NCBI RefSeq assembly: GCF_009914755.1
Contig: NC_060926.1
Origin: the human T2T-CHM13v2.0 reference genome, Homo sapiens
Length of the DNA: 64,000 nt
Reading direction: 5' to 3' (one strand)
This document shows positions 15,131-32,324 of this stretch, piece after piece (the first letter of the stretch is position 1; the number at the start of each line of letters is the position of its first letter). Below the pieces are notes generated by a model. It was given only the letters and a program-made list of their open reading frames with translations. It was not told the origin of the DNA and did no database searches. A program made the position numbers and the translations under genes.

Positions 15131-18100
15131 TTCCGCTGCTTAAGATGAACTGCCCAGTTTGGGGCATGTGGTTATTAATAGCTTTAGGATTTGGGTCAGG
15201 AGCAATCAACTTTCTTACCGATAAGTTTCACTTTGTATTTGCATGTTTGTGTGCACAAGTGCACGTGGCACACGTATGTGACAGGAAGGATGGATAAGTC
15301 ATCTGAATGGTAAAAGCTCAACCTCAGCCTTCACTGTATGCTTTGTGTAACATACACTGAAAAGACTGTCAATTCAAAAAGTGATGAAATCATTGATTCC
15401 TCAACAGTTGAATCAGCTAGTCACTTAAATAGAATTATTTACATTAAAATTCATATAATAAACATTTATTAATCAACTATCATGTGCCAGGAATGATGGC
15501 AGCCCCTAGAGATACAGTACTGAATAATCTTAACTTTAAAAAACTCCATCAATATATTTGCTTCAGACACTTTAACTGTCTGCCACATGTAGATGGGTCC
15601 ATAACATCTGCCTATGATTTAAAGTGCATTTCTATTTGATGATAAAAGATAGCTCCTTTAAATTCCTATTTTGTCAGTTTATTAGCAATTCATTCCAGTC
15701 ATCTGTAAGATATATATATGTGCCTATATAATCAGTATATAAATATAGTGATTATATTTATTTTTATAAATCCCCTCCCATTATCTTATTTTTCTTGAGG
15801 CCAAAGCTTTTGTCCCAAAATGAGTGTCATCAGCATGGACTCCCACCTGACTGATGAAAGATATGAATCACACAGCAGAGAGCTTTCTCAGGTACCCTAT
15901 AAATTCTATAAATAGAAATTATTTCTTTGAAACAAGTAACCAACAAGAAATGAAACTGGGTATGCACACTCACATAATATAACAGCTTGAGAATCTTGGG
16001 CAATCACAAATTCACATATAATTGAACTATATGAAATTGGCGATACGTAACAATTTTGACCTACAAAAATGGCAATTCCATATGCTTCCACCTGATACTT
16101 ATTTTGTCTCCTTTCACTCAGCTGGGCTACACATTAATGGTCAACAACCCCACTGTCCACCCAAACTCTTTCATTGGGTTAAAATCTTTTTAAAAGGTAA
16201 ACATAATGCTAATTTCCCCCAACAAACCAGAATAGCATCCCGTCTGCCAACACTGAATATGCCTAGTCACTGAAAATACTTCTGGTTTATTCTCTCCTAG
16301 TCAATAACTGGAGGTATAAGGTCAATTTATTATACAAAAAAAAATTCTGTTAATACAAACACAGATGGACATGATTGCAGTAGCCAAAGCTAATAGATCT
16401 CTCAGATATAAATCCCATACCATTAAAACGAACAAATAAAACTACCAGATGAGTTCACCAAATATAATTTAAAAAAATTATTGAGCTTGAAAGAGCTGAA
16501 GAGTAAAAGAAAGAAAAAAGAAAAAACAAAAAACTTGCCACCAAACCCAAAGATTTTGTTTTTCTCTAAATTTGTTCAAGAGAATTTGTCTCTGGGTTGA
16601 GAACTTGCTTGCAAAGTCCCTGCCTAGAGCAAGATATTCAGAGCCAACTTGTTAACTCCTAATAAAACAGCCCATAAGCAAAGCCTACCAGCCAGCATTG
16701 TGATAATACCATATGACTGGTTTTCTTAGGTGTATTTTCCCCTTATTATCAACTTCCTTTTTCCATCATATTAACCTCCACAGAAACATATATCCACCAT
16801 AAAGTAACTCAAATGTGGACACCTCTGTTTCTTTGCTAATAAAAGCTCCTAGGACCCATTATGTTCCATGGAAAAAGTGAGCATTATCTACCTTTCTTAG
16901 TCTCCACCCTCTGTACCAGAACACTATTGTCCCTTTTGGTTTCAAACAATGCTTTATCACAGTTTGATATCATTGATCATTTCAAGTATTCCTATAACAT
17001 TCTACATAGGTTAAAACTGCTTATATCTAATAATATCTTCATTTTTATTCTTTATTTTAATCTAAAACTATAATTTCTAAGGTGAATTCAGCACATGATA
17101 GTAAAAAAAGATCATATTGTTGAAACTTAACATTACTGCTTAGGAAAATTCTGCCTTTGTCAGTTGGCATTCCATGTGTATTAATTCTTTAATTCAACCT
17201 ACCTGAAGAAAAGTTAATCAAAGAAAACAATCAATTCATGATTCATTCTTTTCCTCTGACCAGTCTCTGTGATTTTATAGGACTTTGATGTTTTAGGCCA
17301 TTATATTGAGGAAAATACTCAATAAACTAGCTGTGAAAACCTCAAAGGCATGTTTATCTTAGGCTACACAAATGTTCTCTAATTCGTACTTTATAAAGGT
17401 ATTACTGTCCTATTCAACTGAATTGACTACTGTTAAGTCTTTAGCTCAATAACTAGTAGAAACATAGAATGATTCTAACCAATCACATTTGCTAAGGACA
17501 TTTGCAACATGAACTAAACAAGCAAAGATTTTTCTTTCTTTTTTTTCTCTCAATTGACAGATCAGGTAGCAAATAAGATCAGTGCACCATATAATATGTG
17601 TAAAAATAAAACTGTTCTAAATGCATATATTCAAATAAGTTCATCTATATTACATTCAATTATATTAATATTTACTAAGTATTCACTGTGTTTAAGGCCT
17701 CATGCTCACAGGACTCTGGGGAGGACAGAAAATGGATATGTTCCTGTGTTCCCAAAACCTCTACCTCTGAAGTTCTTTCAAGCAGCTTTTGGCCCAGAAG
17801 GGGGATTAGTCAAAAATCAAAATTTCTATGGTACATAAAACTTAGAAAGGTGATACCCTGAAAGGCCCAATGTTAGAACTCATAGTCTGATTTGTACTCT
17901 AGATGATTATAGATTCATGTCTATTCCCTTGGGAGTTCAGAACTCCAAGGGTCAAATAATCTCAAATTCTCACAAATGGTGGAATGAAGGCCATTCATCA
18001 GTCAGGCAAATAGTTAAATAACTGTCTCCCATTAGGCAATGTGATTTCAGTCCTAGTATCTTACATAGCATTTATAGTTAAAGTGCTTCAAGCACCTTAT

Positions 18101-18799
18101 GAGCTTAAGTGCTTTTCAGCTTTGAACCTTGTAATCGTCTAAGGAAAATTAGGTAATAATCTTTATTTAATTGATCAAGAAACCAAAAGAGTTCTCTGAT
18201 TTTCACCTGCTGGTCTCCCCAGTAGAAGAGGATGTCCCCACAATCATCAGATTTTAAATAAGCTGGGCATTTCATGGTCTACACACAAAGCCTCTCATTT
18301 CACACTTCTGTAGATTCTTTGTCAGCCCCCATCACATCTATGTTTTTGAGTTTTTTTATTCTGTTTCTGGGCAGGACAAATGGAAATCTGAAACTAGGAG
18401 CAATCTAAAGCACACTCCCTCCTTGTTCCCCAGACATGGTCTGTCCAGATCCTATTTCAGGTGTTCTCACCACCAAGCCCCCATGCCAATCATTCTCTCC
18501 TTCACTGCTAGGAGGTCATGCCAGCCCAGCCTCACACTTCATGGCATGAGCTGCCCATCCTCACCGTCCACTCCATCTCTAGAACCTTCCCTCCTTACAC
18601 ATCTCCTTGCCCTTCTCCCAGATTCTGAAGAAAACATCACTATTACTCTTTCTTTCAAAGGCACTGCATTATCTGAGCCTCAAATCCATTCCCTCCTAGT
18701 TGGTGGGCTCTTGCTTATCACTCCTCTTCCTCTTCAAAACTGCTGGCTCCATCCTCTTTCTGATAATTACACTTAGCCCTCATGCTTCAGTTAGCCACG

Positions 18800-20640
<1,841 letters not shown>

Positions 20641-21372
20641 AAAATTATTTACTTAATTATGACTACAATTATCTTGTGAGGAAGAAAAAGGTAATGCTCT
20701 CCACTGTATTCCCAGCCCTTAGAATCCTGCCAGGTATTATATATAAAATAGAAGCTAGAATTTGTTTTTGAATGACAAGATATGTGTTATATTATAAAGT
20801 AAGCATTTCATACAGATTGTAGGCTTTTGGAAAGCAGGAACTATGTCTTATGCTTCTTCCAAAGAGTAGGTATACATGAGGCTGGATGGATGAATAGATG
20901 CAAGAGAAGCAGGGAGGGGCGTAAGGAAATAGATCATTTTTCCCTTTGCATCCTTTCTTAATGTCTATTTAAAATAACATCAGAAATAGTACAAATATGA
21001 GTAGATTGCAAGCTCATTTCTTTTAATCTACAAACTATATTATTAACAAACATTTTTATATCTTTAAACATTTATGAATAAGTATATTCAGCCCAACAAA
21101 GCAGTTACAGTACAGCTGGAATGAGCTTCTTAAGATCCATGCAAGGAATTAGTCCATGTCTAAGCTGAGTGCTCAAGACATTCCCCACGCACCATTTTTC
21201 CACTTAAACTACCAATAAGCTTTCCATTGGAGGGCCAAGCAAGCATAGGTGATCTATGCATACTATCAGTGACTATCACAATGAAAACACACAAGGCTCT
21301 CCTATATGTTGAAAAACTGGTGAGATAAAAGGTGGCTGACAGTAGAAATGATGTTTCTATTTCTATGAATCC

Positions 21373-21815
21373 GATATTTGTGACGACATGAGTAGAACTG
21401 GAGAACGTTGTGCTAAGTGAAACAAGTCAAACACAGAAAGACAAATGCTGCACGTTCTCACTTATATGTGGAATTTAAAACAATTGAATTCATAGAAGTA
21501 GAGAGTAGAATGGTGTTTAACAGAGGCTGGGAGGTGGGAGCAGTGAGATGATAATCAAAGGGTACAAAGTCTCAGTGAGGCGAAACAAGTGGTTTTTTTT
21601 GAGATCTATTGTACAGCATGGTGAATATAGCTAATAATTGAGTACTGTGCATTTTAATATCACAGAGTAAGTCTCAGATGTTCTCATCACAAAAAATGTC
21701 AAATATTTGAGGTGATGAATAGGTTAATTCACTTGATTTAATCATTTCACGTTGTATTAAAAACCATACCATCACTTTGTACCCTGTAAACAGCTATAAT
21801 TTGTCAGTATAAAAT
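21373..21815 (+). mobile_element. L1MA-like 3' end
   Basis: gctaagtgaaacaagtcaaacacagaaagacaaatgctgcacgttctcacttatatgtgg...catcactttgtaccctgtaaa. Confidence 0.85.
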
Positions 21816-21877
21816 ACGTAAGTAAATATGTATACAATATTCAAAGGATTTTATCCTGCCATTACTTTCAACAAGAT

Positions 21878-21933
21878 ACAACATAGGCAGAGGGCAGACA
21901 AACTTACAACATAGGCAGAAGGCAGACAAACTT
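21878..21933. repeat. 28-bp tandem duplication
   Basis: acaacataggcaga(g/a)ggcagacaaactt twice. Confidence 0.9.
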
Positions 21934-24900
21934 CCTTACAGAACACTTCATTTAGATCTGAAGCTGAAAGCAAATTTCTCTCATGACAGAAAAATTAGGT
22001 AGACAAAAGTAAGTTACTTTTACCTCATCAGAGTTAAACAACAGCAGAGGCAGAAGGACCAGGAGTTGATTAAAGGCATTGTCCTGACCACTGATACCAC
22101 CATGGCTAAGCAAGGGCTGCCTTATGGAACCAGGTCAGGGGACATTGATTTCTCTATTCAACTCCAAGGCACCACTTTGTAAATGACACAATCATTTTTG
22201 AGTACAAGAGGTGCTTTAAATGTGGTAACATTGTATCATTTCAGCTATAATGATCATAATTACTTATTTCTTTTAATCACAACCCACTTAACCACTTTAG
22301 TACAGAGGACTAGTTCAAGGAGTTTAATTTTCATTCAACATCTAATCTTTGTGTTTACCGAAACCCTTCATGGGCTTTGTTTACTGTCTGCCTGCTGGCC
22401 TGGACGTTTGATCTTGCAAGACTAGATCAGACAGGGTCAGATAAAATACTGATTAGTAGAATAAACCAGGCTTGGGGAAGTAACACTGGTTTTTAAAATC
22501 CTCTTTTCTCCCAGCTTTTTAATATCTGGCAAAAGAAGTTCAAATAAACAAATAAAATTAAGACAACTAACAATCAGACGGTTCTTGGGCAATGACTGAG
22601 AAAAGAAAAGTGATGGGGATAATTTTGCACTCTGGCCAAAATACAGGGTTTGGTTAGGTCCACTCATTCTAATGGTATTATTTTATAACACAAATAATTT
22701 TATAATAACCACCTGTATTTGTGTAAACTTTCAATGACCCTTCAATTCTTGAGGCATATTAAATAATTGGGATTGACCTCACCAAAGATGACTGCTTATT
22801 TTGCTTTTGGTACCAGATGACAAACACTTTAGATATAAAATTATTTTCTTGTAACTTATTAATTAGGACACATTTAAAATATATAAAAGATTCTTTATTA
22901 AGGCGTTTTCTTATTTTTATTATATCCCCCCAAAAGTAGATTGCCATGAGAGTAAAACTGATAGTGCTACTACATATATGATTGCCACTTCATTTCATAA
23001 AAATGATGGGGAAAGTTCACATCAAGAGTTCAGACAAAAAAAGTTGTGTAAAAAATTAAAATTTTACTAAAATGTGTAGAACTTAGGAAAAAACTACTTG
23101 GGTAAATCCCTCATAATCCCAAGACCTTAAAAATAATTTTGGAATAGCATGAATGTTTCTAGGTGTCTATGGAATCTCATGTACAATACTAAAACTCCTA
23201 ACATTAAACAACTATTAATATTGGTCTTTTTTCTTTGCTTTTAGATAAAATGTACTTTTTTTTTTCTTATACTTCGGAGCTTATGAGCTCTACATTGTAA
23301 AATCTGGTCCAGAAGCAATTATGGTATGTGATGATCAGCAATTAAAAAAAAAATGCTGTCTAAACCAACCTACCACCCTACCCTACCTACCCACTCCATT
23401 TTCTTCAATGTCAAATATTCCTGGGAAACAGATTCATGGTCTTAGACCTTGAAACCAGAGTATACACACTGTCTCCCTATCTATTCTGAAGTAATGCTCA
23501 TGTTAACTCAAATATGTCTGTGTCAACCATGATTGTCTTTGAAATTAAAGAAAAAAGGTAAACAGAATGTGCTTTGCTGTGATCACTGGGGAAAATAAAG
23601 TTAACATGCTAAGCCAAACCAATTTAGGACTTTCTAAAGAATAAGTGTAAATAGTTTAGCTGAAATAACAACAAATTCAAAAAATGCATATTAAAATGTT
23701 TACTTCAAAATTTAGACAATTCCATTTGTATGTAGTTTTTACATCTGTTTTTAATGATATCAAATTATTGATTGTTCATTTTTCTCATATTTATTTCAGC
23801 ATTGACTATAGAATTTGCAATCTGATCTTTTTTTTGTCCTTCCAGTAGACTTTTATTTTTGCCAGGTTTTAGTCATATTTACTTTGATCTTTCAGAGTAT
23901 ATCATTATTTTACCGTTTATTTATTTCTATGAGAAGAGAAAAAAATTTTGACCTAGGAGATCTATATGTGGCAATTTGTAACAGAATCACATAGCTTATG
24001 TTTAGGAAATCATGTTTTTGATTAAGAAGCAACCACTTAGTTCCCACTGTTTTATTAAAACAGACATTAGCAGATAATAGGAAACATATTTAACAATGTA
24101 GCCTGCATTTAGTTTGGGACCTCAGTAAGTTGACTTAAGATTTTCTTCTAAGCTGAATAGTGCATAGAAGTGCATGTAAATTGGTAACTTTGAGGCAGAA
24201 ATGGAAGGTAGGGAGGCTGAGAGGGACATGGAACTCTGACTTCTGGGGTCTCAGAAAAAGCCCTATGGTAGAATTCTGGTTTCACTACTACTGGTTTCCA
24301 AATTTGGAATTCATTGCCTTTTTTTCATTTTGAAAGCAGGGACACAACTCTTACAAATCAAATGATTACTTTCCCATGAGAAATGAGTCCTACTAGGTAG
24401 AAACTCCCACAGCAACATCTATTCATAGAAAAAGGCTTCTACCAAATAAAATATGCCTGCTTCAGTCCAACACTTCCCTTTTTCTGAGGGTCGAAAGTTA
24501 ATAAAACGCACTTCTCTGGGTGTTTATTTTCTGTACACCATTATACCTGTCATGAATTCTTTGTTTTTCCTCCCACTCCCTTGGTTGATGAATCAACACC
24601 ACTTGAACTGTTTTATGGCAGCTTGTGTTTACTTCACACATACCTTAACCTTCCCTTTTCTCCTCCTACTGACACACACACAGACACACACACACTTTTC
24701 AACAGCAATGACTAGCTCCATCTCTTTGAATAGTATGTGTACACAGTGTCTGACAGCCTCTTCAGGTGTGGATCCTTGACCAACTGAATGAAATCAAGGT
24801 CTCAGTCTGCTTTTACAGCACTTAAAGATTTAATTGTGCATTTACTATCTTTAAAAAAAAAAAAAAAGATACAGCTTGAAGAATTAAAGCTCCAGGAAAG

Positions 24901-24941
24901 AAAAAAGAAAAGTAGAAGATATGAGTGTTAATGTGCGAATG

Positions 24942-24979
<38 letters not shown>
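24942..24979. repeat. (CA)n microsatellite
   Basis: Visible directly in the sequence. Confidence 0.95.
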
Positions 24980-26039
24980 TTCTGTAGTGGCAATTCTGAA
25001 AACACTAGAGTGAAGAGTTTCCAATCTTTCTGAATCTGGAATTACACTCCAGCCTTTTAAAAGAGGACACTCTCTTACTTTCTCTTATAACAGCAAGTAA
25101 ATGGGATCTAACAAATGACCTTGAAGCTGCATGATTCTTTTGATTTTCAGCCGAAGAGGATATGTCAAAGTACTTTAACAATCCTATTTTAAAAGAAAAA
25201 CCTGGAGGCAACACTTACAGAAAAGAAACCTTCTGAGCCACACATCGATGTCTTATAATGAGAAGGGGTTATTCATCTTATATTGCACAAGGGTGAATAT
25301 TAATATGCGAAAGCATTTGCCCAAACCAGGATCTAACGGGTCCTAAGAATTTTAGAGTCTGTTGAAAAGAAATGGATCTTAATTCAATTTTCAGTGTACT
25401 TAATTTCTCCTGGGTAGCTCAATATTTTGGCTTGCCTTATAAAACATATATTTAGCATAAAACACTCTCATTCCTTTGTGATCAGAAATGTGCTGCCAAT
25501 GTTTGTAAACTTCATTTCTTCAAAAGACAACCTTGTCAAAAATCTCCCAAACACTCAATAGCCAACAAGCACTACTTTGACATCCTGTCTCCCCTGAGAA
25601 AATCTGCAAGTAGTAAAAGAAACAAATTCATCCTTTACTTTTACTTACCCACCATAAATTGTCATTTGCCCCTCCGATGGGGGCAGAGTAAGCAAGGCTA
25701 TGAATACATATTATAAAGTGTGATAAATATGTCATACTTATGCAAAACATGGACTGGAAGGACCATCAAAACCAATGTTACAAGAAATTCCCCAAATCCC
25801 CTCAGGGACCCTGGTAGGTAACATTTATCTGAATGGAGTGAAAACAAAAGAATTTTTCCACCACTGACATATTTGAAATGGTCCTGACATGTTTAAAAGT
25901 CTAGGTGATCTAAATAGCATGCTATTTACTACACAAAGGAACTTTATTTTCAGGCCCAAACATAATTCTACATGTAATATATTACTGCTAGTATGACTAC
26001 TACTATTAATTATTAGTAGTAGTATACTATTATTTGTCA

Positions 26040-26245
26040 AGAGGTTACTTTGTGCCAGTATTGTCTTATTTAGTCCTCGCATCTACCCAGTGACCTAAGT
26101 ACTTTGATGATTTCCCATTTTCAGATGAGGAAATTGAGTCTTGGTGAAGTTAAATAATTTGCTTAAGCTCCCACAGCTAGAATGTAGAAGCTAAAGATTT
26201 GAACCCAAGTCTGCCTGAATGCAGAGCCCGTGTTTTCACCACTGC
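26040..26245 (-). mobile_element. MIR SINE
   Basis: cccattttcagatgaggaaattgag...gttaaataatttgcttaagctcccacagctag...gatttgaacccaagtctg (MIR core). Confidence 0.85.
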
Positions 26246-26606
26246 TCTGGAATCGTCGACACAGGAACACAACATCAAACTCCATTTCTGACCAAAGACA
26301 TCCTGATACCCCAACAGTATCTGTTAATCAGTACCCAAACTATAAGTGCTGATTTAACCTAGAATGACAGCTTTTAAGTTTCCATTCTAAAGGATTTTGG
26401 TCTTTGCAGGTATCACTTATGAAAACTATAAACTTAACATATGGTGCTACTAATTTTACTTTTACTTCAAATATCTTCTTAGTTTTAAGGGAGCCAACTA
26501 GGATCTCATGACAGGAATATTAAAGATCTCACCTTTGTAAAAAAATTACGTAAATTGTATCTAAAATGAGCATAAATTCCAAACAACCAACAACTCATGA
26601 ACCTCA

Positions 26607-26777
<171 letters not shown>

Positions 26778-29505
26778 TCAAAATATGACTACTTCTTTTT
26801 AGGGACAAGAAAGAGCACTTTATAACCTGCACTAACCTCTTTTTTCTTTTAAACTTAAAACAGTCACTCTCCTGTAAACTGAACTATTAACATCAAACAC
26901 GATTACCTGAATTTACCATCCCTTTAATTTATACAATGATAGTGCTTTCTCCAAAAAGCCAACCCTGGGGCAATGTCAACAATGGAGGGGACAGAACATG
27001 CAGATTAAATGCAAAGAGGAAGAACAGTTGTGATTTAGGAACCAGAGCAAAAGGTGAGATCAGATGCTCCAGCATCCGTAATCCAAATAATGCCTTTCAG
27101 ATGTTTCTGTTCCGCTTCCAACTGCAACAAGCTTACACAGCCAAGAATCTGAGAACATCCGTGCTACACACTGCAGAACAACATTTAGGGAAATAAGTTA
27201 AATTAATATAATTTATAGAAACGTGTGATTAGAACTTGTGTGAAAATTCACCAAATGAAAAAATTAACAGTGCTATTTTAGAGCAGGGGAAACTAAACAC
27301 AATACTTGTACTGTGTTTCAATAAAAAATGAACCAAAGCTCAAACTTTCTGAGTGCTTAGGTGCATGATTCTTCCTTGCTCTCATCCTCCTCAGCCCAAC
27401 TGCTCAGCTGATTTGTGTGTATTAATCATTGGGGTTAAAAGAGAAGTGGAGCATAGCCTGACATAGCACTGAAAAGTTAAAATTATAATTACACACCTTG
27501 AATTGAACTTCCTACAGAGATGCAGTTAATACAGTATGTTTGGGCCAACATTTGTGGCAGATGTTAATGTATACCTGAAATGACTGTGTATGTTTTATAC
27601 ATAGATTTTATTTCTTATTTTTTATTTTGTCCTGTGCATAAACAACTCAAGAGATCCAAATGACCTGTGTAAGGTTTTATATCTTGCCTTGAAATCTCAT
27701 CTTTCTCAAAAAAAGTTAGCCCCAGACATAGAACAGTTCAGAGAAATCTTAGAACTTCTAACGACATTTCTACAAAGTAATAGAGATAAAAAGAGTAACA
27801 ATAAATCAAGTTATTTAACAGGAGGTTAAAATGCCAGCAGACAGACCTTCATAAACTCCCATTTAAAACAACAGACTCCTCTTTTTTAATCACTATGCAG
27901 TACTGGTAGGGGAGGGGTTTCTTAATTCAATTCACAGAAACCTCTTTCGCAGATGGTTAGCCCTCCCCAGTTGCTGATCTAAACATGACAATTCTTTTCT
28001 CTGAGGGAAGATAGTAAGGATAACTCTTTTCATCCCAAGGTCTGAACACAGCACTGGGAACTCAAAGAGCTAATATCATCGGAGTGTATCACAGAACCTA
28101 TGAGGCCTTGTCTCCTGCCTTATAGGATGACCACTGGAATCCTAATCTCCTGGAGACAGTCTTCTGCTTTGCGCTATTAACGACCAAGTACGGCTGTTCC
28201 CTAACTAGCTGAGCTAGCTCCCGCTCTGGCTGAGATTCACTCTGTTCCTAGACTGTGAGACCCTTGAGGACAGTGACTATGTCTGTTTCATTTTTTTTTT
28301 TTTCTATCTCGTGTCTCACATAGTTCTGATGTGGGATATCTGAGTCACTGAAATTTAACACAGGAAAAGGGACAGAGATGAGATTTAAAAGTGCCAAACT
28401 GAAATGTCATAGTAATAAATTTTTTTAACATGAAAGTAGCTTAATAATAGATGCATCAGTCATACTGTTATATGTGAATAACCACAAACGTACTTGTCAT
28501 CTCTCTATCTTATTTGTATGAATTTATCCTCTGGAAAGGCACAGGATACACAGCCATGGCAGGAGTCAGAGTTAAACTCTGTATTGCCAAATGGTCTAGA
28601 AAGTTAACTAAAACGAACAGTGTCTAATTACTGCCTGGCACTGTTCCTCAATTCTTCCTGGCCCATAATACGAGGCCACAAGCCCAGACGACTGCATCAT
28701 TTTGGCCCCAGATAATCCAAATTCCCCTCACTCTCTACCCTCTCTTTGTCCTTGCTCCTGCTATATCTTCAATTGACCCTGCACAAGGCAGAGTGGCAAG
28801 GAAATGAATATCTGGGCTCCTACTGGCTCCGTCGGCAGGTCCTATATTTCATATAACTCATTTGTAAAGGAGATGTTGGCTACCCTGACTCAATTAGATT
28901 TGTTTTCTGTCCCAGATAATCATAAATAAGTTGTTACCTCTACTGATCACATAACAAAAACATAAACAGGTTTCAACTATGAACTGAGCAAAAAAAAAAA
29001 AAAAAAAAAAGTAGCAAACAAATTTCCTAGATGAGAATCTTTAATCACCAGAAAAGTCTGTTTGAGTTTATGACACATTTTATTCATATCAACTCCCTGC
29101 AGGTCTTTATATAGAACTAATACCCAAAATAGTTTTTACTGATAAGAATTGTTATAGTCCATCCTCAGAAGACTTTAAAATCAGAAGACATAAAAATATC
29201 TTGGGAATATTTTAAAAGAAAGGCCATGTTATATCTGATTATTCCAGTTTCATGAATATTTTCTAACCCTACATTAGACTGTTAAATTCTCATAATCTGA
29301 AGCTAAATCACTAGGCTTCACTAGAATGCTCTGGACACATACCACAAGGTCATCTTGATGTTAGTGTCCATTAAATATCTAGAACATCAACACTTAATTA
29401 ATGATACATAAAGTTGAAAGGGGCTAACATGAACCCAGCATGTGCTATTACTCTACAGAAAACAATGTTCTCTAAAGGTCCTGGGACACCGAGAATCTAT
29501 ATTTA

Positions 29506-29595
29506 CCGTATTTCAACCACTTTTTATACTTCAACATCACTGAAATAGAGATCCATCTTACAATCAATAGCATCTTAAACCTGATAAGATACAGT
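29506..29595. mobile_element. MER104-like TcMar DNA-transposon fragment
   Basis: ccgtatttca...catcactgaaatagagatccatcttacaatcaatagcatctta...gatacagt. Confidence 0.55.
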
Positions 29596-32324
29596 TGATG
29601 CAGAATGGGATGAGTAATAATTAATGTCTTTCCCACCTACCACCCTGCCAAAAAAGATCTAATTCAATTTTTTGCTTTTTAAAATACATATAATTTTGCA
29701 GTTTATGTTGCTCTTTTATGTTTTCCAGTCATTCTAAAGCAACCGCACAGTTGGACTGTTAGGATCCATATCTTTTTGATAAAGGAATAAGAGCTGAGTC
29801 AACTTTTTCAATCCAGAATGCAACCAACTCGAGTATCTCTGTTTATACAAAGCAATACTAATACAAATAACCCAGAAAATATGTGTATTGCTATTTTTAA
29901 CACTTAAACCGAGGAACTATGATTTACTAAGGCTAATATTAAAATGATTTTGCATTTACTAAGCATGTATCGCTTTGCATGGTGGTGGGCTGTGAAAAAG
30001 AAAGGATGAGGGTACACGTATAATGGGCAACTGCGGCAGTCCCCACTCAGATACCGAGACACAGCCACAAACACCACCACATAAACAGTGGCCACAGACA
30101 AAGCTAATTTATGAATAATATTATATTCTAAGATAAATTAAAATGGTTAAAATGTCTTTCCAACTACAGAAACTTGAAAATTTCTGACTTCATTGTAGTT
30201 AATTATGAAATTTTAAGTATAAAGGTTTTTGGATGGGAGATAAAGTATAGGTGTCCTTATTTGTAGTCAATTTGACATTTAGTTGGCCATTAATATCTGG
30301 AATTTTTTTTAAATAAGGTATTTCAGAAATCAAACTGTATTAGAATTTTCTTTACTTATTCCAAAGTTTACTAGCAGACTTGAATTTGCTCTAAGCCAAA
30401 CTGCAAGAGAATAAATTTTATAATATTGGTATTTAATACTTATGATAGCTAGATTGATCTATCTAAAAATAGATTTTCTTTTAGGTTCCTGAAACAACTT
30501 TTTAACTCACTTGTTTGTTTTTCAACTAGCCCAGAGAATAGATGTCACATATGATTATAAGCATGGTTCCATTTTCAAACTGAGGCCCCAGAAACTCAGA
30601 ATAAAAAGCATCTTTCCCAAAGTCAAATAGCACTGGGAGGCACCATGAAGACACTCTGTTAGTGGACCAGTATTTCATGGATCTCTTAAGAAGGGAGACT
30701 AACGAATGAATGGAAGGAAACATTCACCACCACCTCCATCAGCGACCCCAAGCTCAACAGCTGATGCTGCAACCAATACTTTAGACAAAACAAAAAACAA
30801 GGTAACAACAGCAAAAAAAGGAAAACATGAAGCTGTGATCTCAGGCCCCTTATACAAGTTAACTAAGAAGTTTAGAATCCAAGAAAACTACGGAACCTAA
30901 AGGGAATTTAAAACTTAATAGGAAAAAGCAAAATAATAAACACAGGTTAAAATGATTTGTAAGATACACTTAGAAAAACAGAGATCTGAGCATCCCCTTT
31001 TCCCAAAATAAAACAAAAGATAAAATAACTGGATATCCTTCACTACAATCTGCTTGGCTTGGTGGGATTTATTTGTTTGAACAGCAGTGTGGTACTAAGA
31101 GTAGCTAAGCTGAAAACACATAATACACTTGTTATGAAGAAGAACATTTTTAAAGCAATGTGAAGAATTACATATTCTGTCAGTGAGAATCCCCTGTCTG
31201 AGGGAAGAGGAGGGGCATCCCCTAGCCTCCTCTTCTATGTCTTCATGAGGGAGAGAGCAAAGACAGGCAATGAGTGAGTGATATGTGCATTCTTTGCTCA
31301 TTTTCAGCCTTTTCAATCTGCTTGGTGATATGCTAAATAACATATTAAACATGAGAATATAATGATACTTCAATTAGGTAATGGGAAAAAAACTGATTCT
31401 GAGGAATTACTTTGTCATGAAAAAAATTCATTTAATGTCATTTGGCAGCCTTCTACTATCCCTCTCTGTCCCCACTTCTGAGCTATAACATCAGAATTGA
31501 AAACTGCTGCCATTTTAAGGGAAAGAAACACTTCCTCTGAACTTTGGAGTATGAAAACACTACATTTGAGAGCTCTTCCCCTAAGCTGTTGCTGAATGGC
31601 TTGCTTCTCTAATGTCAGCACCCTCACCTGTGATTGGGGATATTGTCTCCTGCATCAGAGAGTGTAAGGATTCTTCTGTGAGATGATTTGTGTAAAAGGC
31701 CTAGCACAAGATGTGGAATCAGCAAATGGCATCTTTCTCCCCACTGTGCAATCATTTCTTATGGTCACTGCAATCCCTTGGTTAGGAATATTTTCAAGCT
31801 GTCATTTGTGAGCCTTCTTCAGCATGAGTCCACGAGGTTGGGACACAAACTAAAATAACCTCACATGAAAATAACTAAAACAGACAGTTGGCAACTGGTT
31901 AACACAAGACATGATGCATCCCCACTACATACATGAACTTAGGTTAAATTAAACGGACAGTTGGCAACCAGTTACCATGATTCTGGTCCATGCAGTTGAT
32001 CAGCCACTATATATGATGAGCACATGCTCAATTTGTTTTTTTCTGCTGACCCAATTGGCTGCTTGATTTCACTACTCAATTGTTTTGGCATGTTGTACAT
32101 ATGAGTTAAGTCCAAATGGGTAAGGCTTGCTCAGGATGACAGAAATAATTATCCTACAATCTATTTCTAAAGGCACACTACATGAACGCCATACCATTGT
32201 CACACCGGAAATCTAGTAACATCTCTGCAGCTCAATAGCTTTAGTCAGTCATTTTGTTCCTCAAATATTCAGCAACAAAGTCTCAGCCAGCACCATGGGA
32301 CAGAGCTGCTTCAAAAACATGTCT

